Assembly (NCBI GenBank): GCA_003140935.1
Contig: PLLJ01000042.1
Coordinates: 10,144-74,143 of the forward strand
Length of the DNA: 64,000 nt
Direction of reading: 5' to 3'
Source of the DNA: Candidatus Omnitrophota bacterium
Lineage (GTDB): Bacteria > Omnitrophota > Omnitrophia > Omnitrophales > Aquincolibacteriaceae
Position numbers and translations under genes: made by a program. Under the pieces are notes generated by a model. It ran no database searches, was not told where the DNA came from, and worked only from the letters and a program-made list of their open reading frames with translations. Below are positions 27,560 through 38,900 of the stretch, piece by piece. Position 1 is the stretch's first letter; each line of letters begins with the position of its first letter.

Positions 27560-27924
27560 TTTTTTCCGTCTTATGATTTCGCTAAGGACCCATTCTTTTT
27601 ATTACTTCCGGTTCGCCGCGATATTTTCTTATTTTTTGTACGAGTTGAAATCAATTACATCATTTTGATTCAATAAAATACTATAGCTACTATTTAAGCA
27701 ATATGAATAACAATAGCTATCATTTGTATTAATTTGTAGCATTACTATATATTTCTTATCAATATAAGCTAAATTACAATAAAAAATTTAATATCTTTGA
27801 AATACTATCCTAATTTCTTGAATAACTTAATTATTGTGTTACAATAGCAAAGAAGGTGAGATAATATAAAATATTGATTTATTGCTATAAGAAGATAATT
27901 CTGAAAGGGTGAATAACGGCAAAT

Positions 27925-30081
27925 ATGACGGCAAATAATGGGCTCAAAGTTTTGGTTATTGAGGATGATCCCAACTATTTTATCTTGCTGAATGAACGCC
28001 TGTCCCAAAACAAAGATCCCTCCTTCGAACTTGTACGCAGCAAGCACATGCAATCCGGTCTTGAGCGCCTTCGGGAAAGCGACATTGATGTGGTGCTTCT
28101 GGATCTGACGCTTCCCGATAGCGAGGGGCTCAATAGTTTCGTTTCGGTCCACACGGCATTTCCTTTGGTCCCCATTATCATTCTTACCGCCATCAACGAT
28201 GATGATCTAGCCGCGCAAGCGATCGCATTTGGAGCTCAGGACTTTTTGACGAAGGGGAGTTTCGATCGCCAGCTTTTGGTCAAAAGTATCTGCTACGCCG
28301 TCAGCCGCAATAAGAGTCAGGCCCAGCTGCAAAAGTATTATCAGGAGAACGAACGCTCCAAACGGGCGCTTCTGGAACGGGACGAAAGGTTCCGAAGCCT
28401 CGTTTCGAACATTCCTGGCGCGGTCTATCGTTATACTCTGTCCGTGGCGAAGGAATGGGAAATAGACTTTATCAGTGATGTGATCAAGGACATTGCCGGC
28501 TATCCTGCCGACAACTTCATAGGAAAGAATATCTCCGATTATTTTGAAAAAGTGTTGCCTCAAGACCTTCCGCTTTTGAAGGATGCGTTCGAGAAGGCGG
28601 TTCAGCACGGGAATTTATTTGCCGTGGATTACCGTGTCCGCCATATGAACGGGGATTTCCGGTGGGTCCATGATCGTGGGCGAGCCGTTCGGGACGTGGC
28701 GGGGAGAGTGACACACGTGGACGGCGTTATTTCGGATACCACGGAACGGACCAAAGAGAAAGAACGTTTTAACCAGCTGGTTTATTATGATGCCTTGACG
28801 AATTTACCGAACCGGGAGCTTTTTGTCGACCGTCTGGATCAGGCGATCCAGCAGGCCCGTCGCAAGAAGGAGACGGGGGCGGTGTTAGCTTTAGACCTGG
28901 ATCATTTCAAACGCATTAACGACACGCTGGGGCATCCCATCGGAGACCAATTGATCAAGGCGGTTTCCGTGCGGCTTCTGAAGTTGCTTTTTGACTCCGA
29001 TACCATCACCCGCATCAGCGGAGGAGCTTTCATCATTCTTCTGTCGCGGGTGGCAAAAAGCGAAGACGCGGAGAACGTCGCCACGAAGCTTCTGACGGCT
29101 TTCAAGGCGCCTTTTCTTATTAACGAGCACGAACTTTTCACAAGCTGCAGTATCGGGATCGCGCTTTTTCCAAACGATGGAGAAACAAGCGATATCCTGA
29201 TCAAGAACGCCGATGCGGCCATGCACATCTCCAAAGAACGGGGCAAAGACCGGTACCAGCTTTTTTCCTCCTCGATCGCCAATAGTAGTTTTGAACGGCT
29301 TGTTCTTGAGAGCAGTCTTCGTCGTGCCATGGAACGCAAGGAGTTCCAGCTTTTTTATCAGCCTCAGCTGGATCTTCGTACCGGGAAAGCGATCGGCGCC
29401 GAGGCGCTGATCCGCTGGAAGCATCCGGATCTCGGATTCATTCCTCCGATGGAATTCATTCCGATCGCGGAGGAAACGGGGCTGATCCATCCGATCGGAG
29501 AATGGGTCCTGAAGACGGCCTGCGAGCAGAAAAAACTTTGGGACCGGCAAGGCTTCGAATCTTTTCGAGTGTCCGTGAATCTTTCGGCCCGTCAATTCCA
29601 TTACGCCAATCTTGTGGATATGGTCGGAGACACCATTCGGAAAAGCGGCATCGATCCAAAGTGCCTGGACCTTGAACTGACGGAAAGTACGATCATGGAC
29701 CGTTTGGAAGAGACCACCCTGACCTTGAAAAGGCTCAAGAACATGGGGGCGCGTATTTCGATCGACGATTTTGGGACCGGCTATTCCTCCCTGATGTACC
29801 TGAAGACATTTCCCATCGACTGCGTGAAGATCGACAAGTCTTTCGTCAACGATGTGACCACCGATCCTGATGACCAAGCCATTACCCACGCGATCATTTC
29901 CATGGCGCATAGTTTGAAACTGGAAGTCGTTGCGGAAGGGGTGGAGACCAAGGAACAGCTTGAACTCTTGAAGTCTCAGAACTGCGATGTCATTCAAGGC
30001 TATCTTTTTAGCAAGCCTATCCCTGTCGACGATGTCTCGACATTTCTCTTGAGTGATGCCGCCAAAAAGATCCTCTCTTAA
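27925..30081 (+). CDS. REC-PAS-GGDEF(degenerate)-EAL protein, probable c-di-GMP phosphodiesterase
   Basis: Receiver N-terminus; PAS; DALTNLPNR; A-site reads SGGAF; EALIRW, DDFGTGYSS and KIDKSF intact. Confidence 0.92.
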   Translation: MTANNGLKVLVIEDDPNYFILLNERLSQNKDPSFELVRSKHMQSGLERLRESDIDVVLLDLTLPDSEGLNSFVSVHTAFPLVPIIILTAINDDDLAAQAIAFGAQDFLTKGSFDRQLLVKSICYAVSRNKSQAQLQKYYQENERSKRALLERDERFRSLVSNIPGAVYRYTLSVAKEWEIDFISDVIKDIAGYPADNFIGKNISDYFEKVLPQDLPLLKDAFEKAVQHGNLFAVDYRVRHMNGDFRWVHDRGRAVRDVAGRVTHVDGVISDTTERTKEKERFNQLVYYDALTNLPNRELFVDRLDQAIQQARRKKETGAVLALDLDHFKRINDTLGHPIGDQLIKAVSVRLLKLLFDSDTITRISGGAFIILLSRVAKSEDAENVATKLLTAFKAPFLINEHELFTSCSIGIALFPNDGETSDILIKNADAAMHISKERGKDRYQLFSSSIANSSFERLVLESSLRRAMERKEFQLFYQPQLDLRTGKAIGAEALIRWKHPDLGFIPPMEFIPIAEETGLIHPIGEWVLKTACEQKKLWDRQGFESFRVSVNLSARQFHYANLVDMVGDTIRKSGIDPKCLDLELTESTIMDRLEETTLTLKRLKNMGARISIDDFGTGYSSLMYLKTFPIDCVKIDKSFVNDVTTDPDDQAITHAIISMAHSLKLEVVAEGVETKEQLELLKSQNCDVIQGYLFSKPIPVDDVSTFLLSDAAKKILS

Positions 30082-30205
30082 AGCGGTGTGATAGTAAGTG
30101 GTATGTCATATGACTTACTGCGACGTACGGCCTGCCATGCACGTACACGATCTCATGTTTCCCATGCTTGGGGTGCTCCGCATGCCTTTCTCCATAATCG
30201 TTTCA

Positions 30206-30233
30206 TAAAGGAAAGCGGCTGGGGGACCGATAA
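30206..30233 (+). promoter_or_regulatory. Putative sigma-28-like promoter
   Basis: TAAAG-N15-ACCGATAA, about 30 nt before the GH13 start. Confidence 0.5.
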
Positions 30234-30263
30234 TTGTTGCGTGGAATCTCATGGGAAGGAGTT

Positions 30264-31739
30264 ATGAAAAAACATCCGCAGCTTCTTGAGTTGAATGCCT
30301 TCTTTTTTATCTCCAGAATGTCCAAGAAATACGGACACCGTCTGACGCTTGGGACAGTTCCGGTTGCGGAATGGAAGCTGTTCGCAACGCAGGGGTTCGA
30401 TCATCTCTGGCTCATGGGGGTTTGGACCCGCAGTCCCGGTTCTGCCGCTCACGCTGCCAAGGAGCCCGGTCTTTGCCGTGCCTACGACCTGATCCTTCCG
30501 GACTGGACACGAGAAGATGTGACGGGTTCTCCCTACGCCATCTGCGGTTATGAATTGGATCCTTATCTGGGCAGACCGGAGGAATTGCTTCAGCTTAAAA
30601 TGAAACTGAACGGACTGGGCCTCGGTCTTGTCCTGGATTTTGTGCCCAACCATCTTGCTTTCGACCATCCCTGGACCCTGGAACACCCCGAACTCTTCGT
30701 GTCCTGCCGTCCGGAGACTTTACGCGCCCATCCGGAATGGTCCTTCATGACAGCCGAGGGTAAAAAACTCGCGCATGGCCGTGATCCCTATTTTGCTCCC
30801 TGGATCGATACCGTGCAGATCAATTTTTGGTCTCACAAGGCGCGCGAAGTCTGGCTCGGAGAACTTCTCAAGATCGCGAAGGTCGCCGACGGGGTGCGCT
30901 GTGACATGGCCATGCTGGGGATGAACGATGTTTTTCAAAAGGTCTGGGGAGAACATATCACGGAGACGCGGCCCTACACGGAATTCTGGGAGGAGGTGAT
31001 CCCGGAGGTGAAGAAATTTGCTCCGAATTTTATTTTTATCGCGGAAGTTTATTGGGACATGGACTGGCCGCTTCAACAGATCGGATTTGATTTTACCTAC
31101 GACAAACGTCTCTATGACCGGATGTTCTTTGATTCCTCGATCTCGGTAGGCGAGCATTTAAATGCGGAGCCGGCCTATCGCGATAAATGCCTTCGCTTCA
31201 TCGAGAACCATGACGAGGAGCGGGCCCCGGTGACTTTTGGAAAACAAAAATCCAGGGCGGCGGGGATCATCGCGGCGACGGTTCCCGGGCTCCGGTTCTT
31301 CCATGACGGACAGCTTGAAGGACGAAGAATACGGACTCCTATTCACTTACGGCGCGAGCCTGAAGAGCTTGCGGATCCCGTGACGGTCGAGATCTATCGC
31401 CGGCTTTTACGGTATATCAAGGATTCTCCGACCCATGACGGGGAATGGACGCTCTTGGAGACCCGGCCGGCATGGGAAAAAAACGGGACCTGTCGGGCGA
31501 TCCTTGCCTGGCTTTGGGGATGCGGCCAGGATTGGAAACTTATCGTTGTCAATTATTCCGTGATCCGCGCGCAGGCCGCTGTCTGGCTTCCGGAATTCCT
31601 GGGCCGGAAATATTTCATCCATTTCCGGGATGCGCTGACGGACAAGTCTTACGACAGGACAGGGGAAGAACTTTTCAGAAAAGGACTTTATGTGGACCTC
31701 CAACCTTGGCAGGCCCACTTGTTTGATTTTAAAGCCTGA
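30264..31739 (+). CDS. GH13 alpha-amylase family glycosidase
   Basis: LDFVPNH, DGVRCDMAM, FIAEVYW, FIENHDE; start ATG 30264 after GGAG. Confidence 0.9.
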   Translation: MKKHPQLLELNAFFFISRMSKKYGHRLTLGTVPVAEWKLFATQGFDHLWLMGVWTRSPGSAAHAAKEPGLCRAYDLILPDWTREDVTGSPYAICGYELDPYLGRPEELLQLKMKLNGLGLGLVLDFVPNHLAFDHPWTLEHPELFVSCRPETLRAHPEWSFMTAEGKKLAHGRDPYFAPWIDTVQINFWSHKAREVWLGELLKIAKVADGVRCDMAMLGMNDVFQKVWGEHITETRPYTEFWEEVIPEVKKFAPNFIFIAEVYWDMDWPLQQIGFDFTYDKRLYDRMFFDSSISVGEHLNAEPAYRDKCLRFIENHDEERAPVTFGKQKSRAAGIIAATVPGLRFFHDGQLEGRRIRTPIHLRREPEELADPVTVEIYRRLLRYIKDSPTHDGEWTLLETRPAWEKNGTCRAILAWLWGCGQDWKLIVVNYSVIRAQAAVWLPEFLGRKYFIHFRDALTDKSYDRTGEELFRKGLYVDLQPWQAHLFDFKA

Positions 31740-31942
31740 TAAACCTTCCAAGCTTCACATCCCGCGGCAATCGCCCCCCTTCGATGGACGATGAGCGGTT
31801 TCCATGCGGCGCGGCATGCCTGTAAGCGGGGGTGGATCTTAAAACCGAGCTTGGAGTGTGGCGCGTTGTTTGTTAGACTATCAAACCAGCAAGTGCAGAC
31901 ACACAACTTTTTCCAGGAGCTCAAATGCCAGGTGCAAAAAAA

Positions 31943-34423
31943 ATGGACGAAAAGAAAGAGAGCCGGGAACTTTGGCACTTAGAACACAAGGATATGACCA
32001 AAGATGGGATCAAGGAATCCTTTAGCGCCAGTCTTCAATATGGTCTCGCCAAGGATCGGTTCACCGCAACGTCTCACGATAACTTCATGGCTCTCGGAAT
32101 GTCGCTTCGCGACCGTTTGGTGGAGCGTTGGATCCAGACGCAGCAACGCTATCACAAAAAGAATCTCAAGCGCGTTTATTATCTTTCTCTGGAATTCCTG
32201 ATCGGACGGCTTCTCGGAAATTATATTCTGAACCTTGGACTTTGGGACCAGACGCAAAAAGCCCTTGAGGAGTTCGGACTCGATCTTGAAGAGGTCCGCA
32301 ATGAAGAGGTCGATGCGGGACTCGGGAATGGCGGCTTGGGACGTTTGGCCGCATGTTTCCTTGATTCCATGGCGACGCTCGGGATCCCGGCGCATGGTTA
32401 TGGGATCCGCTATGACTACGGGATCTTCAACCAGAAGATCATCAACGGCTATCAAGTGGAATCGCCGGATGAATGGCTCAAGCACGGGAACCCCTGGGAA
32501 TTCGCCCGTCCGGAATATGCGCAAAAAATAAAATTTTACGGCACGACGAACATGTACCATGATAAAAAGGGACGGCTCTCCGTCGAGTGGGTGAATACCC
32601 AGAATGTGCTTGCGATGCCCTACGATACCCCGATTCCCGGGTATAAAAATAACGTCGTAAACACCCTGCGCCTCTGGTCCGCGAGAAGTTCCGAAGAGTT
32701 CGATCTCGAGTATTTCAATGACGGGGATTATGAGCACGCGGTCTATGACAAAATGTTCTCGGAAAATATCTCCAAAGTGCTTTACCCTAATGACGCGACC
32801 TCGATGGGCAGAGAGCTCCGGCTCAAGCAGGAGTATTTCTTTACCGCGGCTTCGATCGCGGACGTTATCCGCCGTTTCAAGGAAGATAACGCGGTCTTCA
32901 AAAGCTTTCCCGGCAAGGCCGCGATCCAGCTCAACGACACCCATCCATCGCTTGCGATCGTCGAATTCATGCGCATTCTTTTGGATGAGGAACAGGTGGA
33001 TTGGGACACGGCCTGGGACCTTACGGTCCGGACTTTTGCCTACACCAACCACACCGTGATGCCCGAGGCGCTTGAATGCTGGCCCGTGCCGATTTTCGAA
33101 AAACTTTTGCCTCGCCACATGCAGATCATCTATGAGATCAACGGCCGTTTTCTGAAAGAGCTCGCGTCCGAATATCCCGGTGATCCGGACCTTTTAGGCC
33201 GGATGTCCATCATCGAAGAGGGGCATCCGAAAAAGATCCGTATGGCCTACCTGGCGATCATCGGGTCCCATTCCGTCAACGGAGTCTCCGAATTACACTC
33301 GAAGCTTCTGAAAGAACAGCTTTTCAGGGATTTTTACGCGGTTTTTCCTGAAAAGTTCAACAACAAAACGAATGGGATCTCCCATCGCCGGTGGTTGATG
33401 AAAGCCAACCGGCCGCTTTCCGGGCTTATTACGGAAGCGATCGGGAAAGATTGGGAAAAGGACCTTCACGAGCTCGAGAAATTGATCCCGCTTAGGAATG
33501 ATCGTCTTCTTAAGAAAAAATGGCAACAAGTGAAAAAGGAAAATAAGAAGTTTCTTGCCGGTCTCATTTATGCGGAAACAGGGACCGTGGTCAATCCCGA
33601 TTCCATGTTCGACGTCCAGGTTAAACGCATCCATGAGTACAAGAGACAAACCCTCTTCATTCTTTATGTGATCTCCCAATACCTGAAGCTCCGGGAGAAT
33701 CCGGGAGCCTCCATCACGCCCAGGACGTTCATTTTTTCGGGGAAAGCCGCCCCGAGCTATTTTCTCGCGAAACTTATCATCAAGTTCGTCAATAACGTCG
33801 CGAACGTGATCAATCACGACAAGGTGATCAAAGATAAACTGAAAGTCGTGTTCCTTCAAAATTACCGTGTTTCTCTGGCCGAGAAGATCTTTCCGGCGAG
33901 CGATCTGTCGGAACAGATCTCGACAGCGGGGACAGAAGCTTCCGGGACCGGGTGCATGAAATTCATGATGAACGGAGCCCTGACCGTGGGGACTTACGAT
34001 GGGGCCAATATCGAGATCGCCGAAGAGGTGGGGAACGAGAATATTTACATGTTCGGCCTCAAGGCTCAGGAGGCCTTGAAAATAAAGAGCGAAGGTTATG
34101 ATCCCCAGAAATTCATCCACAAGTCGCCCTGTCTAAGCCAGATCTTTCAGATGATCCAGAACAATTTCTTCTCACCGATGGAACCCGGCATTTTCGATCC
34201 GCTGGTTCACAACCTGAGCGTGGTCGATCCCTTCATGGTTTGCGCGGATTTTGACGCCTATGGTGCCGTTCAGGACCGTGTTTCGGAGGAGTATCAGGAT
34301 CAGGACACGTGGATTGAAAAATCCATTCTGAATGTTGCCAAATCGGGAAAATTCTCAAGCGACCGCACCATTACCGAGTATGCCAAAAATATCTGGGATA
34401 TCCCGCTTGATCTTCCGAAATAA
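31943..34423 (+). CDS. glgP: Glycogen/starch phosphorylase
   Basis: GLGNGGLGRLAACF, QLNDTHP, KRIHEYKRQ, EASGTGCMK (PLP lysine); start at 31925 or 31943. Confidence 0.97.
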   Translation: MDEKKESRELWHLEHKDMTKDGIKESFSASLQYGLAKDRFTATSHDNFMALGMSLRDRLVERWIQTQQRYHKKNLKRVYYLSLEFLIGRLLGNYILNLGLWDQTQKALEEFGLDLEEVRNEEVDAGLGNGGLGRLAACFLDSMATLGIPAHGYGIRYDYGIFNQKIINGYQVESPDEWLKHGNPWEFARPEYAQKIKFYGTTNMYHDKKGRLSVEWVNTQNVLAMPYDTPIPGYKNNVVNTLRLWSARSSEEFDLEYFNDGDYEHAVYDKMFSENISKVLYPNDATSMGRELRLKQEYFFTAASIADVIRRFKEDNAVFKSFPGKAAIQLNDTHPSLAIVEFMRILLDEEQVDWDTAWDLTVRTFAYTNHTVMPEALECWPVPIFEKLLPRHMQIIYEINGRFLKELASEYPGDPDLLGRMSIIEEGHPKKIRMAYLAIIGSHSVNGVSELHSKLLKEQLFRDFYAVFPEKFNNKTNGISHRRWLMKANRPLSGLITEAIGKDWEKDLHELEKLIPLRNDRLLKKKWQQVKKENKKFLAGLIYAETGTVVNPDSMFDVQVKRIHEYKRQTLFILYVISQYLKLRENPGASITPRTFIFSGKAAPSYFLAKLIIKFVNNVANVINHDKVIKDKLKVVFLQNYRVSLAEKIFPASDLSEQISTAGTEASGTGCMKFMMNGALTVGTYDGANIEIAEEVGNENIYMFGLKAQEALKIKSEGYDPQKFIHKSPCLSQIFQMIQNNFFSPMEPGIFDPLVHNLSVVDPFMVCADFDAYGAVQDRVSEEYQDQDTWIEKSILNVAKSGKFSSDRTITEYAKNIWDIPLDLPK

Positions 34424-34548
34424 CTCCTCGCCGTCAGTTTTCACGCGCTACCGCCCATCTCTTCGTTGAAGTGATACCGAGGGTACACCGCAGTTGATTC
34501 CTAGCTCGAGGAAGGCGAAATATCAGGCGCTCTGCATCCAGTACCGGA

Positions 34549-35916
34549 TCAGTCTTTCCAGGGGGATCGCTTCAGGAAGGAAAGAAGACTCCAGTCCCTT
34601 CCTTTTTCCAAAAAGGGGCGTATGCCCACCACGCTGAAAAAAAGTTCCACGCTCGAGATCTTCTGAGCTGATGGTCTCACCTCATGAAAGTGGCGCGAGA
34701 GCAGGAAATGCGAGAGAAAACGCAGGGCGGCTGAGATCACAAAAAGCGTGAGGATCCGCGAACCGTTCAGCGTGGGAAGCCGTTCCGCGAGATAGCCCCC
34801 CAGTCCCGCCCCCACGAACGTGGCCACGCCGTTGATGAAGCCGAAATAACCGAGGCAGCGCGTCCGTTTCCCCGGGCTTACGGCATCATAGATGAAGTTC
34901 AGGGAGCATAAGTTGAAACCTCCCCATACGAATCCCGAAAAGATCTCCATCGTGAAAAGATACACGGGGTTGGACGAAAAAAGCCAAACGATCGGGATCA
35001 GAGGGATGAGAAGGCTCGTGGTCTTAAGCACTTTGGCGTTCCCGATCTTGTCGGCGTGCTTTCCCCAGATGGGGAATGAAACCAGGCTTGCCACGATGGA
35101 GCCCATATGAACAAACATATAAGTCAAATAGCTAAAGTGGATGTCCCGGAGCATGTAGACGCTAAAATAGGGGGCGGCAAGCGTGGTGGCGAAGGTGATA
35201 CTGGCGACATAAAAAACGAATTTCACGAAATTGCTTTCCCGGAAGCGACGCAGAAACATGAAAAAAGTGAACATGTCTTTCGGATTTTTTTGTGCCGGGA
35301 CATCCTGCATCCGGGCCATGAGACCGGAGGAAATGAAGCGGGTGCTTACCGCAGCCCCGAAAAGGATACAAAATCCGGCGGCTGTCGAAAACGATTTGAA
35401 AGCGTTCAATAGGACCCCGCCGAGGATTGTTGTGATCATTCCGGCCATCCCCGTGATGCGCGATCTCCAGCCGAAATACTTGCCGCGCTCCTCAGGGACG
35501 AGATAATCGCTTGCGAGACCTCCCCATACCGTGGCGATCAGATTTGCGAGGATCCTGAATAGGGCGACAAAGAAAATAAGCGCCAGGATCCGCGACGGGA
35601 AGAAAAAGAAAGGAAAGACCGCCAGCGGCAGCAGGAAAAGCGCTTGGAGAAATGAGGCGCGCACCAGAAATCGCAGCCGGCTTCCGAAGAGCTCGACGGC
35701 CTTGATCGCAAAGAATTGCGAAAGAGAGCCCAAAAGGTGCGGGATGGCTACCAGGAAACCGATGTCCATCGGGGTCGCTCCGAGGAAAAGCCCGAGCGGG
35801 ATCAGGTATTCGTCCGTGGCGGCCTGCATCACGCTTGCGGCGATGCCTTCTTTCCATGAGATATCCAGGCTTTTCCGGAAGGGGTTCTGGGAGAGGAAGT
35901 CCTGAAGCTTGAACAT
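34549..35916 (-). CDS. MFS transporter
   Basis: About 12 TM helices; ERGKYFG and WGKHADKIGN motifs. Confidence 0.88.
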   Translation of the reverse strand: MFKLQDFLSQNPFRKSLDISWKEGIAASVMQAATDEYLIPLGLFLGATPMDIGFLVAIPHLLGSLSQFFAIKAVELFGSRLRFLVRASFLQALFLLPLAVFPFFFFPSRILALIFFVALFRILANLIATVWGGLASDYLVPEERGKYFGWRSRITGMAGMITTILGGVLLNAFKSFSTAAGFCILFGAAVSTRFISSGLMARMQDVPAQKNPKDMFTFFMFLRRFRESNFVKFVFYVASITFATTLAAPYFSVYMLRDIHFSYLTYMFVHMGSIVASLVSFPIWGKHADKIGNAKVLKTTSLLIPLIPIVWLFSSNPVYLFTMEIFSGFVWGGFNLCSLNFIYDAVSPGKRTRCLGYFGFINGVATFVGAGLGGYLAERLPTLNGSRILTLFVISAALRFLSHFLLSRHFHEVRPSAQKISSVELFFSVVGIRPFLEKGRDWSLLSFLKRSPWKD

Positions 35917-35998
35917 AAATTGTGCTGGCCCTATTTTTATTCTAAACTTTTATGAAACAATCAGGTTATAATACCACATCGCTATTCGGAGAGAAAAG

Positions 35999-38900
35999 AT
36001 GAGTCCTCGTCGCACCCAAAAGAGAATCAAGCGCGCCCGACAGATGCCCAGCCATTCCGGAGCAGCCTCCCTTCAAGCCTCGAAAAAGGTCCCTCAAAAA
36101 TTTCAATGGCGAACCCTCCGTCAGCAACGAACAAAGGGCATCCCTCTGGAAAGCGGGCTGGGCTGGAGAACTATTTTTGAGAATTCCCATGATGGTATTT
36201 TAATCGCGGATCTAGCCCGAAAAAAATTCTTGGATTGCAACAAAAAGATCACAAAGATGTTGAAATACTCCAAAGCGGAGATCCTCTCTTTATCCGTCAA
36301 AGACCTTCATCCGGCGAAGGGATTGAAACGTGCTCTGAAGGGGTTCCATCACTTGGCGAAGGGGCTGGCGTCGGTCGTGGTTGATATCCCGATGAAACGC
36401 AAGGACGGGAGTTCCTTTTACGCGGACATCAGCTGCGCGCGCGTGGAATTTTCCGGCCGTAAATATTTAGTCGGCTTTTTCCGCGATGTCAGCGAACGCA
36501 AAGGATCCGAAGAAGCGCTGATGGAAAGCGAGGAAATGTTCAGGACGTTCACGGAGCGGTCGCCTAACATGATCTTCATCAATCAGGGCGGAAAGGTCGT
36601 TTATGCGAATCCCAAGTGCGAAGAGATCATGGGATATAAACGCGAAGAATTCTATTCGCCGCGGTTCAGTTTTTTGACCCTTATGCACCCGGACGACGTT
36701 CCCGCGGTCCGGCGCAGTTTTTTCACGCACCAGAAAGGCAAAGAAGTCCCTCCCTACGAATACAAAATGCTCACCAAGGGCGGGAAACTGATCCGGGGTA
36801 TTTTGACGTCCAAACTTATCCACTATCGCGGTGCTCCGGCCATTTTGGGGATCATCACGGATATTTCCGATCGCAAAAAGGCGGAGGATGCGCTGCGCGA
36901 AAGTGAAAATCGTTTCCGGAAAATCATCGAACATTCGCCGATCGCGATGGCCATTGTCAGTACGGAGGGCGTGATCGAGTATATTAATCAGAAGGCCATC
37001 AAGGTTTTTGGCTACTTGCCTAAAGAGATCCCGACCATGGAAAGGTGGTGGGTTCAGGCTTATCCGGACAGAGATTACCGTAAGGAAGTTATTGCCGATT
37101 GGATGGGGCGCGTTCAACGGGGCATCGCGTCAGGCGGCGAAATCAAAGGTTCTGAATATCGGGTGACCTGCAAGGATCGCACTGTGAAGACGATGTTCAT
37201 CTCAGGGGCCTATATCGCCGGAAAGATATTCGTTTTGTTCGACGACATCACCGAGCGCTGGGAGGCAGCGGAGGCGCTGCGCGAAAGCGAGAAAAAATAC
37301 AAGCACCTGATCGAAACGACGGGGACGGGCTACGTGGCCCTCGATGAGTGGAGCCGGGTGACCGATGCCAACCCGGAATACGTACGGATGACCGGTCGTA
37401 AAAAGTTGAGCGAGATCTTGGGTCACAAGGTGCAGGAATGGACCGCTCCGTACGATCGCGAACGGAACAAACTTGAAGTGAAAAAATGTTTCAAGCGGGG
37501 TTTCGTGCGCAACCTTGAGGTCGACTACCAAACACCCGCCGGCCAGATTATCCCCATTGAGATCAACGCCACCGTGATCCGTGACGCCGGTCCTGTCCGG
37601 ATCGTGACGATATGCCGCGACATCACCAAGCGCAAGCGGGCGGAAACATCCTTGGCTCAACGTGAAGCCCATATTTCTGGCATCATCGAGAATCAGCCCG
37701 GGATGGTGTGGCTGAAGGATACGCATAGCCGGTTTCTTGTCGTCAATCAGAAATTTTCCGATGTCGCCGGAGGTAAAAACCCCACAAAAATGATCGGAAA
37801 AACGGATTTCGATTTTTGGCCGAAAGACCTTGCCCGAAGGTATCGGGCGGATGATAAAAGGGCCATGAGGACCGGAAAGTCACTCGTGGTGGAGGAACCT
37901 ATTTTAGACAGGGGCGTCCGGAAATGGCATGAGACTTTCAAGACACCGGTCGTGAATGAAAAGGGGCGTATCATCGGAACGACCGGTTATGCCCGGGACA
38001 TCACAGAGCGTAAGAGGACAGAAGCGGTGCTCAAGGAGAGCGAAGAAAAATTCCGCGCCATGTTCGAAACTTCTCCGAGCGGCATGGCTCTGTGCGAAAT
38101 GGATGGGACGCTAGTCCAGGTGAACCAGGCCTATCTGGACATCATCGGGTATACCCGTAAAGAAGCGTTAAAGCTGACTTACTGGGATCTGACGCCGAAG
38201 GAATATGCCGCGGGGGAAGCCCAACAGCTTCGTTCCATGGGAAAAACCGGGCGGTACGGTCCCTACGAGAAGGAATACATCCGTAAAACGGGGGAGCGGG
38301 TCCCGGTTTTGCTCAATGGAGCGGTCGTGACAGGGGTCGATGGCAAGAAACGTATCTGGTCGGTCGTTTTTGATATCACCGAACGCAAACGGGCGGAAGA
38401 AGCACTGAAACAATCTCTTTCTCTCCAAAACGCCACTTTGGAATCGACCGCGGACGGGATCCTTGTCGTGGATCGGGAGGGTAAGGTCGCGGATTTCAAC
38501 GAAAGATTCAAATACTTGTGGCGCATTCCCAAAAAGGTTCTTGCAACGCGTGATGACAAGAAACTGTTGCAGCTGGTTTTAAAACAATTGAAGACCTCCC
38601 CTCGTTTTCTTGCCCGCGTTCAGTGGTACTATGCCCATCCGCGGAAAAGTGGTTTTGATGTCCTGGAATTCAAGGACGGGAGGGTTTTTGAACGGGAAAC
38701 GCATCCGCAATGGGTGGAGAATAAACCCGTGGGGCGCGTGTGGAGCTTTCGCGATGTGACCGAGCGTAAGAAATCAGAAGAACTGCTCCGGAATACCGCC
38801 AAGGAGTGGCGTACCACGTTCAATGCGGTCGGCGATGCCGTGTGGCTCCTCAGTCTGGATGGGCGGATCCTTCAAACCAACAAAGCGGCTTCCAAAATGT

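Noticed and set aside
27560-27924. Replication origin or prophage attachment site
   Set aside because: No DnaA-box cluster, integrase or duplicated tRNA-Tyr end was found.
34424-34548. Possible degenerate MITE/REP between convergent glgP and MFS genes
   Set aside because: Only short imperfect stems and no second copy recognised in the window.
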